Assembly: GCA_044356425.1 (NCBI GenBank)
Contig: JBIKWG010000001.1
Span: 1 to 40,514 of the forward strand
Direction of reading: 5' to 3'
DNA length: 40,514 nt
Source: Bdellovibrionota bacterium
GTDB lineage: Bacteria; Bdellovibrionota_C; UBA2361; OMII01
Shown: positions 18,868-28,894 of the stretch, piece by piece
How the letters are laid out: each line of letters starts with the position of its first letter
Position numbering within the stretch: the stretch's first letter is position 1
Notes under the pieces: generated by a model
Told to the model about the DNA's origin: nothing
Database searches by the model: none
What the model saw: only the letters and a program-made list of their open reading frames with translations
Program-made: the position numbers and the translations under genes

Positions 18868-19965
18868 TTAGTTCTCAGTTGGCTGTTCTGCTCCTTGCTC
18901 TTCGAGTTGCCCATCATTCTGGTCTTCTTCGGCTTGTGCTAGAGCTTCTTTCTTGATCTCTTGGGCAAACTTAACGCCCTCTGAATTGCCCCCTCGAGCA
19001 ATGACAGAGTCAGCGAGCTCAAGCAGGCCTTCTTCGAAGTTTACGTGGTCTGTAGCATCTTTAAGCATAGTTCGGGCTACTTCAGGTGACGGAGTGTTTT
19101 CGATCTCATCAAAAACAATCCGGAGGCCAGAGAGTCCGCTGTTTATGAGAGCCTTTACTGCTAAATGTGAATACTCATCACGCTTTTGAACCATTTCTTG
19201 AAAAAGTGGAACGGCCTCTTCAGAGGGTATAAACTCGCCAATGCCGATTCCAGATGCGTAGTAGCCGTCAGGGTCTCCACGCTGCAAAGTATTCTGAATG
19301 AGCAGCTCTGCAGCAAGGCGCGAGCCCTGATTGGTGACGGCAGCGACAGAACTCTCGCGGATTGCCTCATTAGAGCTGGTCATCGAAGAGCCGAGTAGCG
19401 ACGTTACGTCGTCGCCACCAACGGTGAGTTCGAGGGCTTCAGCAAAAACGTCGGCTTCTTCTTTGGTTCGAGCTGCTGAGACTGCCTCTAAAAGTGCCTG
19501 GACGTTCTCGGTTCGGCCGCTGATTGCAAGAATCTCAGCCAGATAGCTCTTCTGCTCTTGAGGGGTGTTGGGGTCACCGATTGTGTTTCTGAGTGATGCA
19601 TAGAGCTCTGGACACCAGGTGCAATCAGGGCCAGGCTGAGCAAACTGCTCAAGAAGTGCGTCATCATACTCTTTGGCGCCTTTGAGGATAGCCGCTAAAG
19701 CCTCCTCAGCAGACTTGTAGGTGTCGGCTGCCGGCTTGACCTCTTCAAACTGCTCTCCTGCCGCCCCGGGACTATTCGGGTCTCCTATGACCACCGAAAC
19801 TGACCCGTCGTTTTCTTGCACTACACTCCGTATCTGACCAGGGGTAGAGGGATTGAGTGTGCTTGAGTTGTCAGAGGGTGCGGGCGTTGTTTTGCCTGAA
19901 GATGCGTACCAGTAGACACCAGCAACTAAAGTAAGGGCTAGGAGGGCAGTAGTTAGCTTATTCAT
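18868..19965 (-). CDS. Exported acidic alpha-helical repeat protein (HEAT-like?), function unknown
   Basis: 365 aa. N-terminal signal/anchor MNKLTTALLALTLVAGVYWYASS. The rest is helical, with an acidic C-terminal tail. Confidence 0.65.
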   Translation of the reverse strand: MNKLTTALLALTLVAGVYWYASSGKTTPAPSDNSSTLNPSTPGQIRSVVQENDGSVSVVIGDPNSPGAAGEQFEEVKPAADTYKSAEEALAAILKGAKEYDDALLEQFAQPGPDCTWCPELYASLRNTIGDPNTPQEQKSYLAEILAISGRTENVQALLEAVSAARTKEEADVFAEALELTVGGDDVTSLLGSSMTSSNEAIRESSVAAVTNQGSRLAAELLIQNTLQRGDPDGYYASGIGIGEFIPSEEAVPLFQEMVQKRDEYSHLAVKALINSGLSGLRIVFDEIENTPSPEVARTMLKDATDHVNFEEGLLELADSVIARGGNSEGVKFAQEIKKEALAQAEEDQNDGQLEEQGAEQPTEN

Positions 19966-20218
19966 GTAAAAGAGATCCCTAGAGGTAAATCAGCCGGCAA
20001 GTGTACGTTAGCGACACCCACGGAATTGCGAAACTCAGGCGCTGTTTTTGGGAGAGCATCCCAAGCGACAAGCGGTCTAAGCTCCTCAAAAGTAAACAAA
20101 GTGCCCCTACGGTCCGAGTAAGGGGTTACCTGCCAGGCCATTCCTATCTTATAGTGGAAAATGATGGTGAAGGGAAAGCGTGAATTACTGTCGGGCTGTT
20201 GTTCATTAGGTTTCTTAT

Positions 20219-20560
20219 ATGTCTGAAGATTTTGAGAAAAAAATGCTTGCAGGAGTGGCTTACCGTATGTTCTGCGAGGAGCTTCAGAGGCACTTAAGTG
20301 CCAGCAGCACGTTTTTTGCCCAACCTGAGTGGACCCCTGAGCAGTTAAAAGAAGCCAGTGGTCGATTTCATACTATTCGGGGTGGCGCTGGCTTCTTTAA
20401 GTTGACCGAGTTAAGCGCCTTGGCTGGAGAGCTTGAAAAGGGATTATTGAACGGAAGCGCGGCTGAGGTTGCTTCTAGACGTGCCTCTCTTGAGGAGCTT
20501 GATCGCAAGCTTCGAGAGGTCGCTCAGGGAATGCCTCAGCCCGCGGGTGGCCATGTATAA
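20219..20560 (+). CDS. Stand-alone histidine phosphotransfer (Hpt) domain protein
   Basis: 113 aa. GRFHTIRGGAGFFKLTELSALAGELE matches the Hpt phospho-His helix pattern H-x-[LI]-[KR]-G-x-[AS]. Confidence 0.7.
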   Translation: MSEDFEKKMLAGVAYRMFCEELQRHLSASSTFFAQPEWTPEQLKEASGRFHTIRGGAGFFKLTELSALAGELEKGLLNGSAAEVASRRASLEELDRKLREVAQGMPQPAGGHV

Positions 20561-20646
20561 TGCGAAGTAAAAGCCGAAGCGACTTTGCTGATACTAAATA
20601 ACGATAAAAGCACCTTAACCTCTAATGCTTCACACAAGGGACCTGC

Positions 20647-23600
20647 ATGACAGCTACATATGAGCGCTTTCTTCGGCGCTTGCGAGAGAAGGTAATAATC
20701 GCTGACGGTGCCATGGGGACCATGATTCAGGCTGCTAACTTGAGTAATGATGACTACGGTGGGTTAGACGGCTGTAATGAATACCTCATCTGTACGAAGC
20801 CTGACCTCATCCGTGATATCCATGCGAAGTATTTTGAGGCAGGGGCAGATCTCATTGAAACAAACACTTTCGGGTCTTCAAAGCTGGTGCTCGGAGAGTA
20901 TGATGTAGCAGATCGAGCATATGATATAAGCCGAGATAACGCTGCTGTGGCTCGCGCAGTTGCTGATGAATTCTCTTCACGCACCTGGCCACGATTTGTG
21001 GCTGGTTCAATCGGCCCTGGCACCAAGCTGCCTACGCTTGGGCACATATCGTACGATGATATGTTTCAGTCTTATCTGCCACAGATGCTCGGTTTGATTG
21101 ATGGCGGCATCGACGTGTTTCAGATTGAAACCTGCCAGGACATGTTGCAGGTAAAGTGCGCTGTTGCTGCGGCAGTTGCAGCGATGAAGGAGCGCAACAA
21201 GCGCCTGCCGATTATCGTGACAGTAACGGTTGAAACAACCGGAACTATGCTTGTCGGAACTGAGGTTGCTGCCGCGCTCGTGGTCCTTGAGAGTCTGCCT
21301 GTTGATATCATCGGCTTTAACTGCGCGACAGGCCCGGACATGATGCAAGAGAATGTCAGGTATCTCTGCACCAGTGGACACTTTCCGGTGGCTGTTATCC
21401 CGAACGCCGGTCTTCCACGTAATGATGGTGGACGTGCGGTCTATGACCTCTCGCCCACCATGTTGGCAGATTATCATGAGATATTTGTTAAGGATTTCGG
21501 TGCTGCAATCGTTGGTGGCTGCTGCGGAACAACGCCAGCACATATCAGAGAGATTTATGAGCGCGTTGGCAGTCTAGCCCCAAAAGCTGTTCGTGGAGAT
21601 CTTGAGCCACACGTATCATCAAATTACGCAGCTGTTGCCCTCGATCAACCTGGAACATCGCCACTGATTATTGGCGAGCGCTGTAATGCAAATGGCTCAA
21701 AGCAGTTTCGCGAACATCTGCTAGCTGAGAATTGGGAAGCGATCGTTGAAATGGGTCGCACTGAGGTTGAAGAAGGGGCGCACGTCCTTGATATCTGCAC
21801 GGCGTATGTGGGTCGAAACGAGCTGCGAGACATGACTCAGATCGTTTCGCGGTTTGTCGGCCAGGTGACGGCTCCGCTGATGATTGATTCAACCCAACTT
21901 GATGTTCTAGAGGGTGCGCTCAAGCTTATAGGCGGTCGCGCGATTATTAATTCAATTAACCTTGAAGATGGTGAAGATAAGTTCGATAAAATTTGCGAAC
22001 TTGCAGTTCGATTCGGTTCGGCACTTATTGCGCTGACGATTGATGAACAGGGCATGGCGAAAACTGCCGATCAGAAGCTCGCCATTGCGAAGCGAATTTA
22101 CGATCTATGCACGAAGCGTCACGGTATTCCTGCAGAGGCGCTGATCTTTGACCCTCTCACTTTTACCATCGGTTCTGGAGATGAAGATAGCAGAAAAGCC
22201 GGTGTTGAGACGCTGCAAGGGATTAAGCTGATCAAAGAGCACCTGCCAAACGTTCGCACGGTGCTTGGACTCTCGAACATCTCGTTTGGTTTAAAGCCGT
22301 ATCCACGCCAGATTCTGAACTCGGTTTTTCTAGCTGAGGCGATAAAGCACGGATTAGATTCGGCTATAGTGCATCAGGGAAAAATTTTGCCACTTCATAA
22401 GATTTCAGAAGAGTTGACCAAGCTCTCGCTGGACCTCGTCTATGATCGGCGCAGTGAGGGATACGATCCGCTTTTTGTATTCATCGAGAAGCTACAGGGG
22501 GCGGTAGCAGAGCGGACAGACGCAGTTGCTGTAGACGGTCCGATAGACGAGATCCTAAAGAAAGCGATTGTTGACGGGCGAAAGCAGGGCATCGAGGTGC
22601 ATCTTGATAAAGCGCGCGAGAACTACGAGCCATTGGATATCATTAACAATATATTGCTAGACGGAATGAAGGTGGTCGGTGAGCTCTTTGGTCGCGGCGA
22701 GATGCAGCTTCCTTTTGTGCTTCAATCTGCTGAGACGATGAAGAAGGCGGTGGCGCATCTTGAGCAGTATATGGATAAGAGTGCGGGCCCCTCAAAGGGG
22801 TGCATGGTTATCGCCACAGTAAAGGGCGATGTGCATGATATCGGCAAAAATCTTGTCGATATTATTTTGAGCAACAACGGGTACAAGGTCGTCAATCTGG
22901 GAATAAAGCAGCCGCTAGAAGCCATTCTTGCTGCAGCAGATGAACACAAGCCCGATGCCATCGGTATGTCGGGCCTTTTAGTTAAATCTACGCTGGTAAT
23001 GAAAGAGAACCTTGAAGAGATGAGTAGGCGCGGCATTACAACGCCCGTTATCTGTGGAGGAGCGGCGCTTAACCGAGCTTACGTAGAGGTAGATCTTCGA
23101 GCAGTCTATACAACGGGTCCGGTATATTACGGCGCCGATGCATTTACAGGGCTCGGTATTATGGATGAGCTGACGGGACGCAGCACCGAAAAGGTTCTTA
23201 CCTCGCTTGAGCAGGGCCAACAAGAGCGCAAAGGAGAGATGCGCGCTGAGCGAGAGGCGCGCGTGGCAGCCAAGGCAGAGGAGTTTTTCGATACGCAAGT
23301 TCCGCGAGCTGAGTTTATTCCAGAGCCACCGTTCTGGGGTGTTCAGTATGTAGAGCAGCCGCAGTTAAATATCAAAGAGCTTTTCTCGTTCATAAATCGA
23401 AAAGCTCTTTATGCTAATCAGTGGATGTATAGGCGCGGTAGTCGCTCTACGAAGGAGTACAAAGATTTTATCCAGGGCCATGTTGATCCGCTTTTTTACC
23501 AGTGGTGCGAGCGCGCAGAAGAGCGCAAATGGTTGCAGCCTAAAGTAGCGTATGGATATTTTCCGTGTAATAGCGAGCAGAATGAGCTGGTGATTTATAC

Positions 23601-24117
23601 TGCAGAGGATCACGCGCAAGAGGCCTGTAGAATCAAATTTCCGCGACAGATTGCAGATGGCAGACGCTGTATCGCAGACTACTTTCTTCCACTTTCTTCC
23701 GGTCGGCGTGACGTAGTTGCTTTCCATGTCGTGACCTCCGGCGCACTGGCTTCTGAGAAATGTCAGGAGCTTTTCAAGGCCGATCAGTATACCGATTATC
23801 TGCATTTCTATGGACTTTCTGTTGAAACCGCAGAAGCTCTAGCAGAGTTCTGGCATCGACGCATTCGTCATGAGTTAAGCATCTCATCGCAAGATGGAGC
23901 AACGATTGAATCGCTGTTTAGACAAACCTATCAAGGCGAACGATACAGCTTCGGATATCCAGCTTGCCCTAACCTAGAAGACCAAAAGCACATCTTTGAG
24001 CTTCTTAAGCCAGAGAACATCGGAGTATCGCTTAGCTCCGAGTTTCAGCTTGTCCCAGAGCAGTCAACTTCGGCTATTATCGTCCACCATCCGGAGGCGT
24101 GCTACTTTACGATTTAG
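20647..24117 (+). CDS. metH: Cobalamin-dependent methionine synthase
   Basis: 1156 aa. Hcy-binding Zn ligands (FNCATGP, GGCCGTTP), a pterin-binding domain, B12-binding GDVHDIGKN, and a C-terminal activation domain. Confidence 0.96.
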   Translation: MTATYERFLRRLREKVIIADGAMGTMIQAANLSNDDYGGLDGCNEYLICTKPDLIRDIHAKYFEAGADLIETNTFGSSKLVLGEYDVADRAYDISRDNAAVARAVADEFSSRTWPRFVAGSIGPGTKLPTLGHISYDDMFQSYLPQMLGLIDGGIDVFQIETCQDMLQVKCAVAAAVAAMKERNKRLPIIVTVTVETTGTMLVGTEVAAALVVLESLPVDIIGFNCATGPDMMQENVRYLCTSGHFPVAVIPNAGLPRNDGGRAVYDLSPTMLADYHEIFVKDFGAAIVGGCCGTTPAHIREIYERVGSLAPKAVRGDLEPHVSSNYAAVALDQPGTSPLIIGERCNANGSKQFREHLLAENWEAIVEMGRTEVEEGAHVLDICTAYVGRNELRDMTQIVSRFVGQVTAPLMIDSTQLDVLEGALKLIGGRAIINSINLEDGEDKFDKICELAVRFGSALIALTIDEQGMAKTADQKLAIAKRIYDLCTKRHGIPAEALIFDPLTFTIGSGDEDSRKAGVETLQGIKLIKEHLPNVRTVLGLSNISFGLKPYPRQILNSVFLAEAIKHGLDSAIVHQGKILPLHKISEELTKLSLDLVYDRRSEGYDPLFVFIEKLQGAVAERTDAVAVDGPIDEILKKAIVDGRKQGIEVHLDKARENYEPLDIINNILLDGMKVVGELFGRGEMQLPFVLQSAETMKKAVAHLEQYMDKSAGPSKGCMVIATVKGDVHDIGKNLVDIILSNNGYKVVNLGIKQPLEAILAAADEHKPDAIGMSGLLVKSTLVMKENLEEMSRRGITTPVICGGAALNRAYVEVDLRAVYTTGPVYYGADAFTGLGIMDELTGRSTEKVLTSLEQGQQERKGEMRAEREARVAAKAEEFFDTQVPRAEFIPEPPFWGVQYVEQPQLNIKELFSFINRKALYANQWMYRRGSRSTKEYKDFIQGHVDPLFYQWCERAEERKWLQPKVAYGYFPCNSEQNELVIYTAEDHAQEACRIKFPRQIADGRRCIADYFLPLSSGRRDVVAFHVVTSGALASEKCQELFKADQYTDYLHFYGLSVETAEALAEFWHRRIRHELSISSQDGATIESLFRQTYQGERYSFGYPACPNLEDQKHIFELLKPENIGVSLSSEFQLVPEQSTSAIIVHHPEACYFTI

Positions 24118-24240
24118 TGGGCGCAAAAGTGCGGTTTGCTTCAAGCACTTTAAGGCGCTGCCCGCGCGGCCGTCTTATCGCAGCGATAGTTGCTTTCTAT
24201 AGAACCTAACCTCTTGCAAAAGCTGTCGACCAAAGAAGGC

Positions 24241-25299
24241 CTACATCGGTCGAAAATCGGTTTTGGCTGTGATGTTGCAGACAAAGTGCACTAAGATCTT
24301 GATAGATGCTTCCAGGTCTTTGTAGCTGCACACCTCCACCTGACTGTGCATGTATCGATTTGGAATACCAAGGCTTGCCGTTGCCACGCCGCTGCGGGCC
24401 ACCTGCATAGTGTTGGCATCGTTTCCAAGAGGGCGCGGCGATGGGGCCAGCTGGAAAGGTGACTTGGTTTTCTTTGCAGAATCTTTTAGTAGCTTCTCTA
24501 CGACTGGATTGGTATTTGGGCCACTTGTAATTGTTGGTCCGCCGCCGAGTGCGCAGGGGGTAGCCTTGCTGTTTTCATGCCCAGGATTGTCGGTAGCATG
24601 GGTTACATCGATAGCGATTCCAACTTCAGGGTTAATTCCGTAGGCAGAGGTTTGGGCGCCACGTAGACCAACCTCCTCTTGGACTGTACTGACTGCATAA
24701 AGCCCGACATTAAGCTTTCTTTGCGAGCAGATTCGAAGCGTCTCCATTGCAATAAAGAGTCCTACCTTATCGTCGAGTCCTGGGGCAGAAATTAAGTTGT
24801 TTCCAAGTTCAAGGACAGAGAGGTGAAACGTGGCGCAGTCACCGATTGCGACCCGCTTCTCGGCCTCTCGTTTGTTTTTTGCGCCAATATCTATCCAGAT
24901 CTTCTCAATGTCATTTTTTGAGCGGTCTCGCTCTTCCGACGACTGATGGTGGATTGGTTTGCGGCCGACTATTCCTTGAATAGGGCCCTTTTCAGCATAC
25001 ACCGTTACTCTGGCTCCGTGCAGTACGCCCACGTCAATTCCCCCAAGGGCTGAAACATAGAGGTAACCTTCGCTTGAGATGTGGCGCACCATCAATGCTA
25101 TCTGATCGCAGTGGCCGGCGAGCATTACTTTGCGCTCTGCTTTCGGATTAATCGCAGCGATTACGTTGCCGTGAAGGTCGGTTTCAATCGAGTGCGCAAA
25201 GCGCTTCATCCGGTCACGCACGATACGTTGTACAGGCTGTTCAGCGCCTGTGGGTGAAGGGGTAAGGAGGATTTGGTGAAGAAAATCTTTTGATTCCAT
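24241..25299 (-). CDS. M42 family metallopeptidase (FrvX/glutamyl aminopeptidase-like)
   Basis: 352 aa. MLAGHCDQIALMV, GLDDKVGL and VQEEVGLRGA blocks are typical of M42. Confidence 0.85.
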   Translation of the reverse strand: MESKDFLHQILLTPSPTGAEQPVQRIVRDRMKRFAHSIETDLHGNVIAAINPKAERKVMLAGHCDQIALMVRHISSEGYLYVSALGGIDVGVLHGARVTVYAEKGPIQGIVGRKPIHHQSSEERDRSKNDIEKIWIDIGAKNKREAEKRVAIGDCATFHLSVLELGNNLISAPGLDDKVGLFIAMETLRICSQRKLNVGLYAVSTVQEEVGLRGAQTSAYGINPEVGIAIDVTHATDNPGHENSKATPCALGGGPTITSGPNTNPVVEKLLKDSAKKTKSPFQLAPSPRPLGNDANTMQVARSGVATASLGIPNRYMHSQVEVCSYKDLEASIKILVHFVCNITAKTDFRPM

Positions 25300-25466
25300 A
25301 GTACCAAGAGAGATAGTAGTCGCGTTCTGGGCAGTCCTTTAAGCCAATCAATCACACTGAGTTAAAATAGAGCTCTTTGCAACTGTGCTGGCAGGTGCTT
25401 CTGTTACTCACTATAGTGTTTGAGATGCCTATATATGGTACGCTGTTTCGAGCGTTTGGGGGCCAG

Positions 25467-27851
25467 ATGAAATTAAAACTCGGTATGATTTTTAAGGGTG
25501 TTTCCAGAGGTGGACGCCGTAAGCAGGCAGCAGTAAGCGAGACGAGCGAGGCGGGGCATGATCATAGCCGTAGCAGCGATCGCGGTGCCGCCGCGGTTTT
25601 GGGCGAAAAGCTGGCAACGCAGGTTCCAATCCTCTATTTTTTGGTCAATCAGCAGGGGCCCTATAGCCTCAATCGCCGCTGGGGAGATTTTGACCAGCTA
25701 GGATTGCGTGCGATTGATGATTTAGCGTTCGAGGATGGTCAAAAAGAGCGAACCGTAGCTGTTTTTAGCTCTTTACCCCCCCATGCTGAGGGCGTTTCGG
25801 TTGCATCTGTTCCAACAGTAGTTGCACTTGAGAGGGTTTTTTTTCACCTTCAAGAAATCGAGCGTATTGTGGTGAATCCTCGAACGATGCCGGAAGGCGT
25901 TGCGCGCGCTCAGCGCAATTTAGCATACACGCTGCCAGAAGGGTTTGATGAATCATACAACATTGAGCGAGAAGCTCTTCCAGAGCTTCTCGGGCACCTT
26001 TCAACCGAGCAGCAGGTTGCAGGGTCGTTGGTTGAACGCGCCGAGCAGGCTTTGCGTGATAATCTTCTATTTGAATGTTTCTACCTCGCCCGCACGGCGC
26101 GTCGACAAGGCGGTGAAGACCTTCATAAGGCGTGGTTTCTTGAGCTATGGAGCCTTAGCTTTCTTGGGCTTCCTGAAGAAGCCTTGGCTCTATATGAGGA
26201 TTATGCAGATCGTGGCAGCCCTGAGCCGCTGGCGTTGCTGCTTTCAGGTCGATTTCGATTGCTGCTTAAGCAGCTCAATGAAGCGCGGACAATCTTTCAT
26301 ACGTTGACTTTTATGCCACAGGTAGGGGCGCGCGCTGAGTGTGAGTTGGCACGATCGTTTCTGAGTAGCGGTGAGTTTGCCCGTGCAATTGACCTTGCAA
26401 CGGCCGCCATCAAGCGAGATGAGCAGGCGCTTGAAAGCTTTCTGGTTAGGGGAATTGCACAGCGCGGCTTGGCCTATTCAAGTGGAGACGAAGAGGGCTT
26501 GCGAGAGGCTCTTGCCGATTTTGAGCGAGTCGCTACGGCCGGTGGGTTTCATGCCCCTGAAGCATCTTTTCATGCGGGCACAGTCTTTGCGCGCATGGGA
26601 GATCTCGAAGCAGCGGAGCGCTCTTTGCGGCAATCGCTCTTTCAACGAGACAGATTCTCAACTCGCGATGCTTTGATTCGGGTTCTTTCTGCCGCAAATA
26701 AATGGAATGTTGCCCTCGATGAATGCGATGTTCTGCTATCTATCGCGCCACAGGCGACGAAGGCGCTGGCAGAAGAGCTTCGTCACCACAGTGTACAATC
26801 GCAGGTGCAAGAGTCAAAAGAAGACGTTAACTTTGATCAGGATCTCTGGTCGCCGGTAGCAGCACAGGCCTGCGCTGCCGCGCTTCACAAGCTTCAGCAG
26901 TGGCGTGTTCCGGTCACCGGCCGCGTTACGGACATTATCTTGCTTGATGACTTTATTAATCGGTTTGCTCCGGCCGGAGAGTTTATTGCTGAGGGCGAGT
27001 TTGCGTTATTAAGTCAAGAGAAGCTGTCGGTAGTAGCGAGGGTATTTGCCCTGCATATCGGACACATACTTCAGCAGAGGGGGTTAGCGGTGCTTGAGGA
27101 GCCCCTGGGGCGTAAAGTAAAAGCCGCATTATCAGTTGATGGTCAGAGGCTCCAGTTAGAGGCGTTCATTGTTGAGCGTATTCTTCTTGGAGCAGCCAGT
27201 GATAACGTCTCTTCTCTTGAGTCTCTCCTCGCCGACGCTGGGCATGAGGAGGTAGTCGCCGGCAGTGACTTTTTGCCAACCTGGTGGATTCGAGCTGATC
27301 AGAATCATGTGGCAGAGATTCAACAGCTTTCAGAAGAAGCAAAGAAGACCTTGCAGGGATTGGGCGCTGTATTGAACGATAACTTAATGGACTTAGAAGA
27401 GATTGACCGAGTTGTCGATGAGGCTTTCGAGCCAAGTGGAAGAAGTGAACGGCCTGAATTTGCGGAAGTCGATGCTATCGCTCGGTTTGTGGTGGGAGTT
27501 GGGCTGATGATCGGAAGTTTAATCGATCGCTTTGTTCCGTGTACGTGGTTTTTTCATCCGCAGCCCGAGGGTATATCGTTGTTCAATGCAAACTTGGGAA
27601 GGCTATTTCCAGTGGCAAAGGTGCAGCGTCGCATTTATCTGGCATCGGCCGCTGACTATTCAGCGAAGCTCTCATCCCTTGCCTTTGGCGTTACTGCAGC
27701 CGCTGTGGCGACTAAGGTGCAGGCCGGGGAAATTTCAGGGCATGCTCAGGCAAAAGAGTCGATTCTATCGCTGCTACCCTCTTTGAAGAGTTTTCCGGAA
27801 GACGAAATAAATGCGGTAGTAGGTTCTTTGGTTGGTGAGAGGGTGCGGTAG
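25467..27851 (+). CDS. Large TPR-like repeat protein, function unknown
   Basis: I chose the ATG at 25467, preceded by GGGGG, over the TTG at 25377. The N-terminus is basic and disordered, the middle has TPR-like helical repeats, and the C-terminal ~300 aa are unassigned. Confidence 0.65.
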   Translation: MKLKLGMIFKGVSRGGRRKQAAVSETSEAGHDHSRSSDRGAAAVLGEKLATQVPILYFLVNQQGPYSLNRRWGDFDQLGLRAIDDLAFEDGQKERTVAVFSSLPPHAEGVSVASVPTVVALERVFFHLQEIERIVVNPRTMPEGVARAQRNLAYTLPEGFDESYNIEREALPELLGHLSTEQQVAGSLVERAEQALRDNLLFECFYLARTARRQGGEDLHKAWFLELWSLSFLGLPEEALALYEDYADRGSPEPLALLLSGRFRLLLKQLNEARTIFHTLTFMPQVGARAECELARSFLSSGEFARAIDLATAAIKRDEQALESFLVRGIAQRGLAYSSGDEEGLREALADFERVATAGGFHAPEASFHAGTVFARMGDLEAAERSLRQSLFQRDRFSTRDALIRVLSAANKWNVALDECDVLLSIAPQATKALAEELRHHSVQSQVQESKEDVNFDQDLWSPVAAQACAAALHKLQQWRVPVTGRVTDIILLDDFINRFAPAGEFIAEGEFALLSQEKLSVVARVFALHIGHILQQRGLAVLEEPLGRKVKAALSVDGQRLQLEAFIVERILLGAASDNVSSLESLLADAGHEEVVAGSDFLPTWWIRADQNHVAEIQQLSEEAKKTLQGLGAVLNDNLMDLEEIDRVVDEAFEPSGRSERPEFAEVDAIARFVVGVGLMIGSLIDRFVPCTWFFHPQPEGISLFNANLGRLFPVAKVQRRIYLASAADYSAKLSSLAFGVTAAAVATKVQAGEISGHAQAKESILSLLPSLKSFPEDEINAVVGSLVGERVR

Positions 27852-28130
27852 GGGGCAGCCTAGCTGTCTCGGTCAGTGGTCTCTTAAAAGGGGTATAGTC
27901 GGCGTGAGCTGAAAGCCCCTTAGCCTAAGTTCCCTCAGTCTCTTGTATTCAGGGGCTTGAAAACCGCTTTTGGAATGCTCACTATAGCGGAGTGATTGCT
28001 TTTGTGATTCGCTATCGACTCGCTGAGGCGGGACAAAACAACATGTTATAGTGGGTGGAAGTGCGACTTTCGTAACTCACAGTTGTGTGTAGAAACTACG
28101 GTGCATAGAACATAGAAGAGGTGCGGTACC

Positions 28131-28880
28131 ATGATTGAAGTGCAAGGGCTGTGTAAGAGCTACGGCGAATACAGGGCAGTATCGGATATCAGCTTTTCGG
28201 CCAGTAAGGGACAGATAGTTGGCTTCTTAGGTCCTAACGGTGCGGGTAAGACGACCACCATCCGAATGTTGGTAACCTATCTGCCTCCAACCGCAGGTAC
28301 CGCACTTGTTGCAGGCTATAATATCGTTACCCAGGCCGAAGAGGTGCGAAAGCGTATCGGTTATTTGCCTGAAAACCCACCTCTGTACGGTGAGATGACT
28401 GTGCAGGAGTATCTGCGTTTTGTAGGCGAGATAAAGGGCATCCCCCGGTCTAGCTTAACTCGCAAAGTCGAGGAGGTTCTTGAGCGCTGCTTTATTGGGG
28501 ATGTCCGAAAGAAGCTCTGTCAGCACTTGTCGCGCGGATACCGTCAGCGAGTCGGGCTAGCCCAGGCAATTATTCATGACCCTGAGGTTCTTATCCTCGA
28601 TGAGCCGACAAGCGGTCTTGATCCGAAGCAGATAATCGACATCCGTAAGCTGATTAAGTCTTTGGGGGAGTCTCGGTGTGTTATGCTGAGTACCCACATT
28701 CTTCCCGAGGTTTCTACGGTATGTGACAAAGTCGTTATAGTCAGCCGTGGTCGGGTTGTTCAAGAAAGCATGCTTGCCGATCTGACTCGAGAGCGAACGC
28801 TAGAGCAGGTCTTTATAGAGAGGGTAAGCACTGACGACATCGTTGATGCTGCTGAGTGTGTTAACGAAGCAGCAAATTAA
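28131..28880 (+). CDS. ABC transporter ATP-binding protein (ABC-2/GldA-like)
   Basis: Walker A GPNGAGKTT, signature LSRGYRQR, and Walker B VLILDEPTSGLD. Confidence 0.92.
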   Translation: MIEVQGLCKSYGEYRAVSDISFSASKGQIVGFLGPNGAGKTTTIRMLVTYLPPTAGTALVAGYNIVTQAEEVRKRIGYLPENPPLYGEMTVQEYLRFVGEIKGIPRSSLTRKVEEVLERCFIGDVRKKLCQHLSRGYRQRVGLAQAIIHDPEVLILDEPTSGLDPKQIIDIRKLIKSLGESRCVMLSTHILPEVSTVCDKVVIVSRGRVVQESMLADLTRERTLEQVFIERVSTDDIVDAAECVNEAAN

Positions 28881-28894
28881 AAGGAGCGAACGAT

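Noticed and set aside
20001-20183. 60-aa ORF in the divergent spacer upstream of the Hpt gene
   Set aside because: It has a non-ATG start, no RBS and no recognisable motif. The region is more likely to hold divergent promoters.
21007-21543. 178-aa minus-strand ORF, and other antisense ORFs inside metH (20754-21047, 21120-21371, 22722-23036, 22978-23298, 23365-23805)
   Set aside because: They are fully embedded antisense to metH, whose reading frame carries unambiguous domain motifs. Their composition is typical of shadow ORFs.
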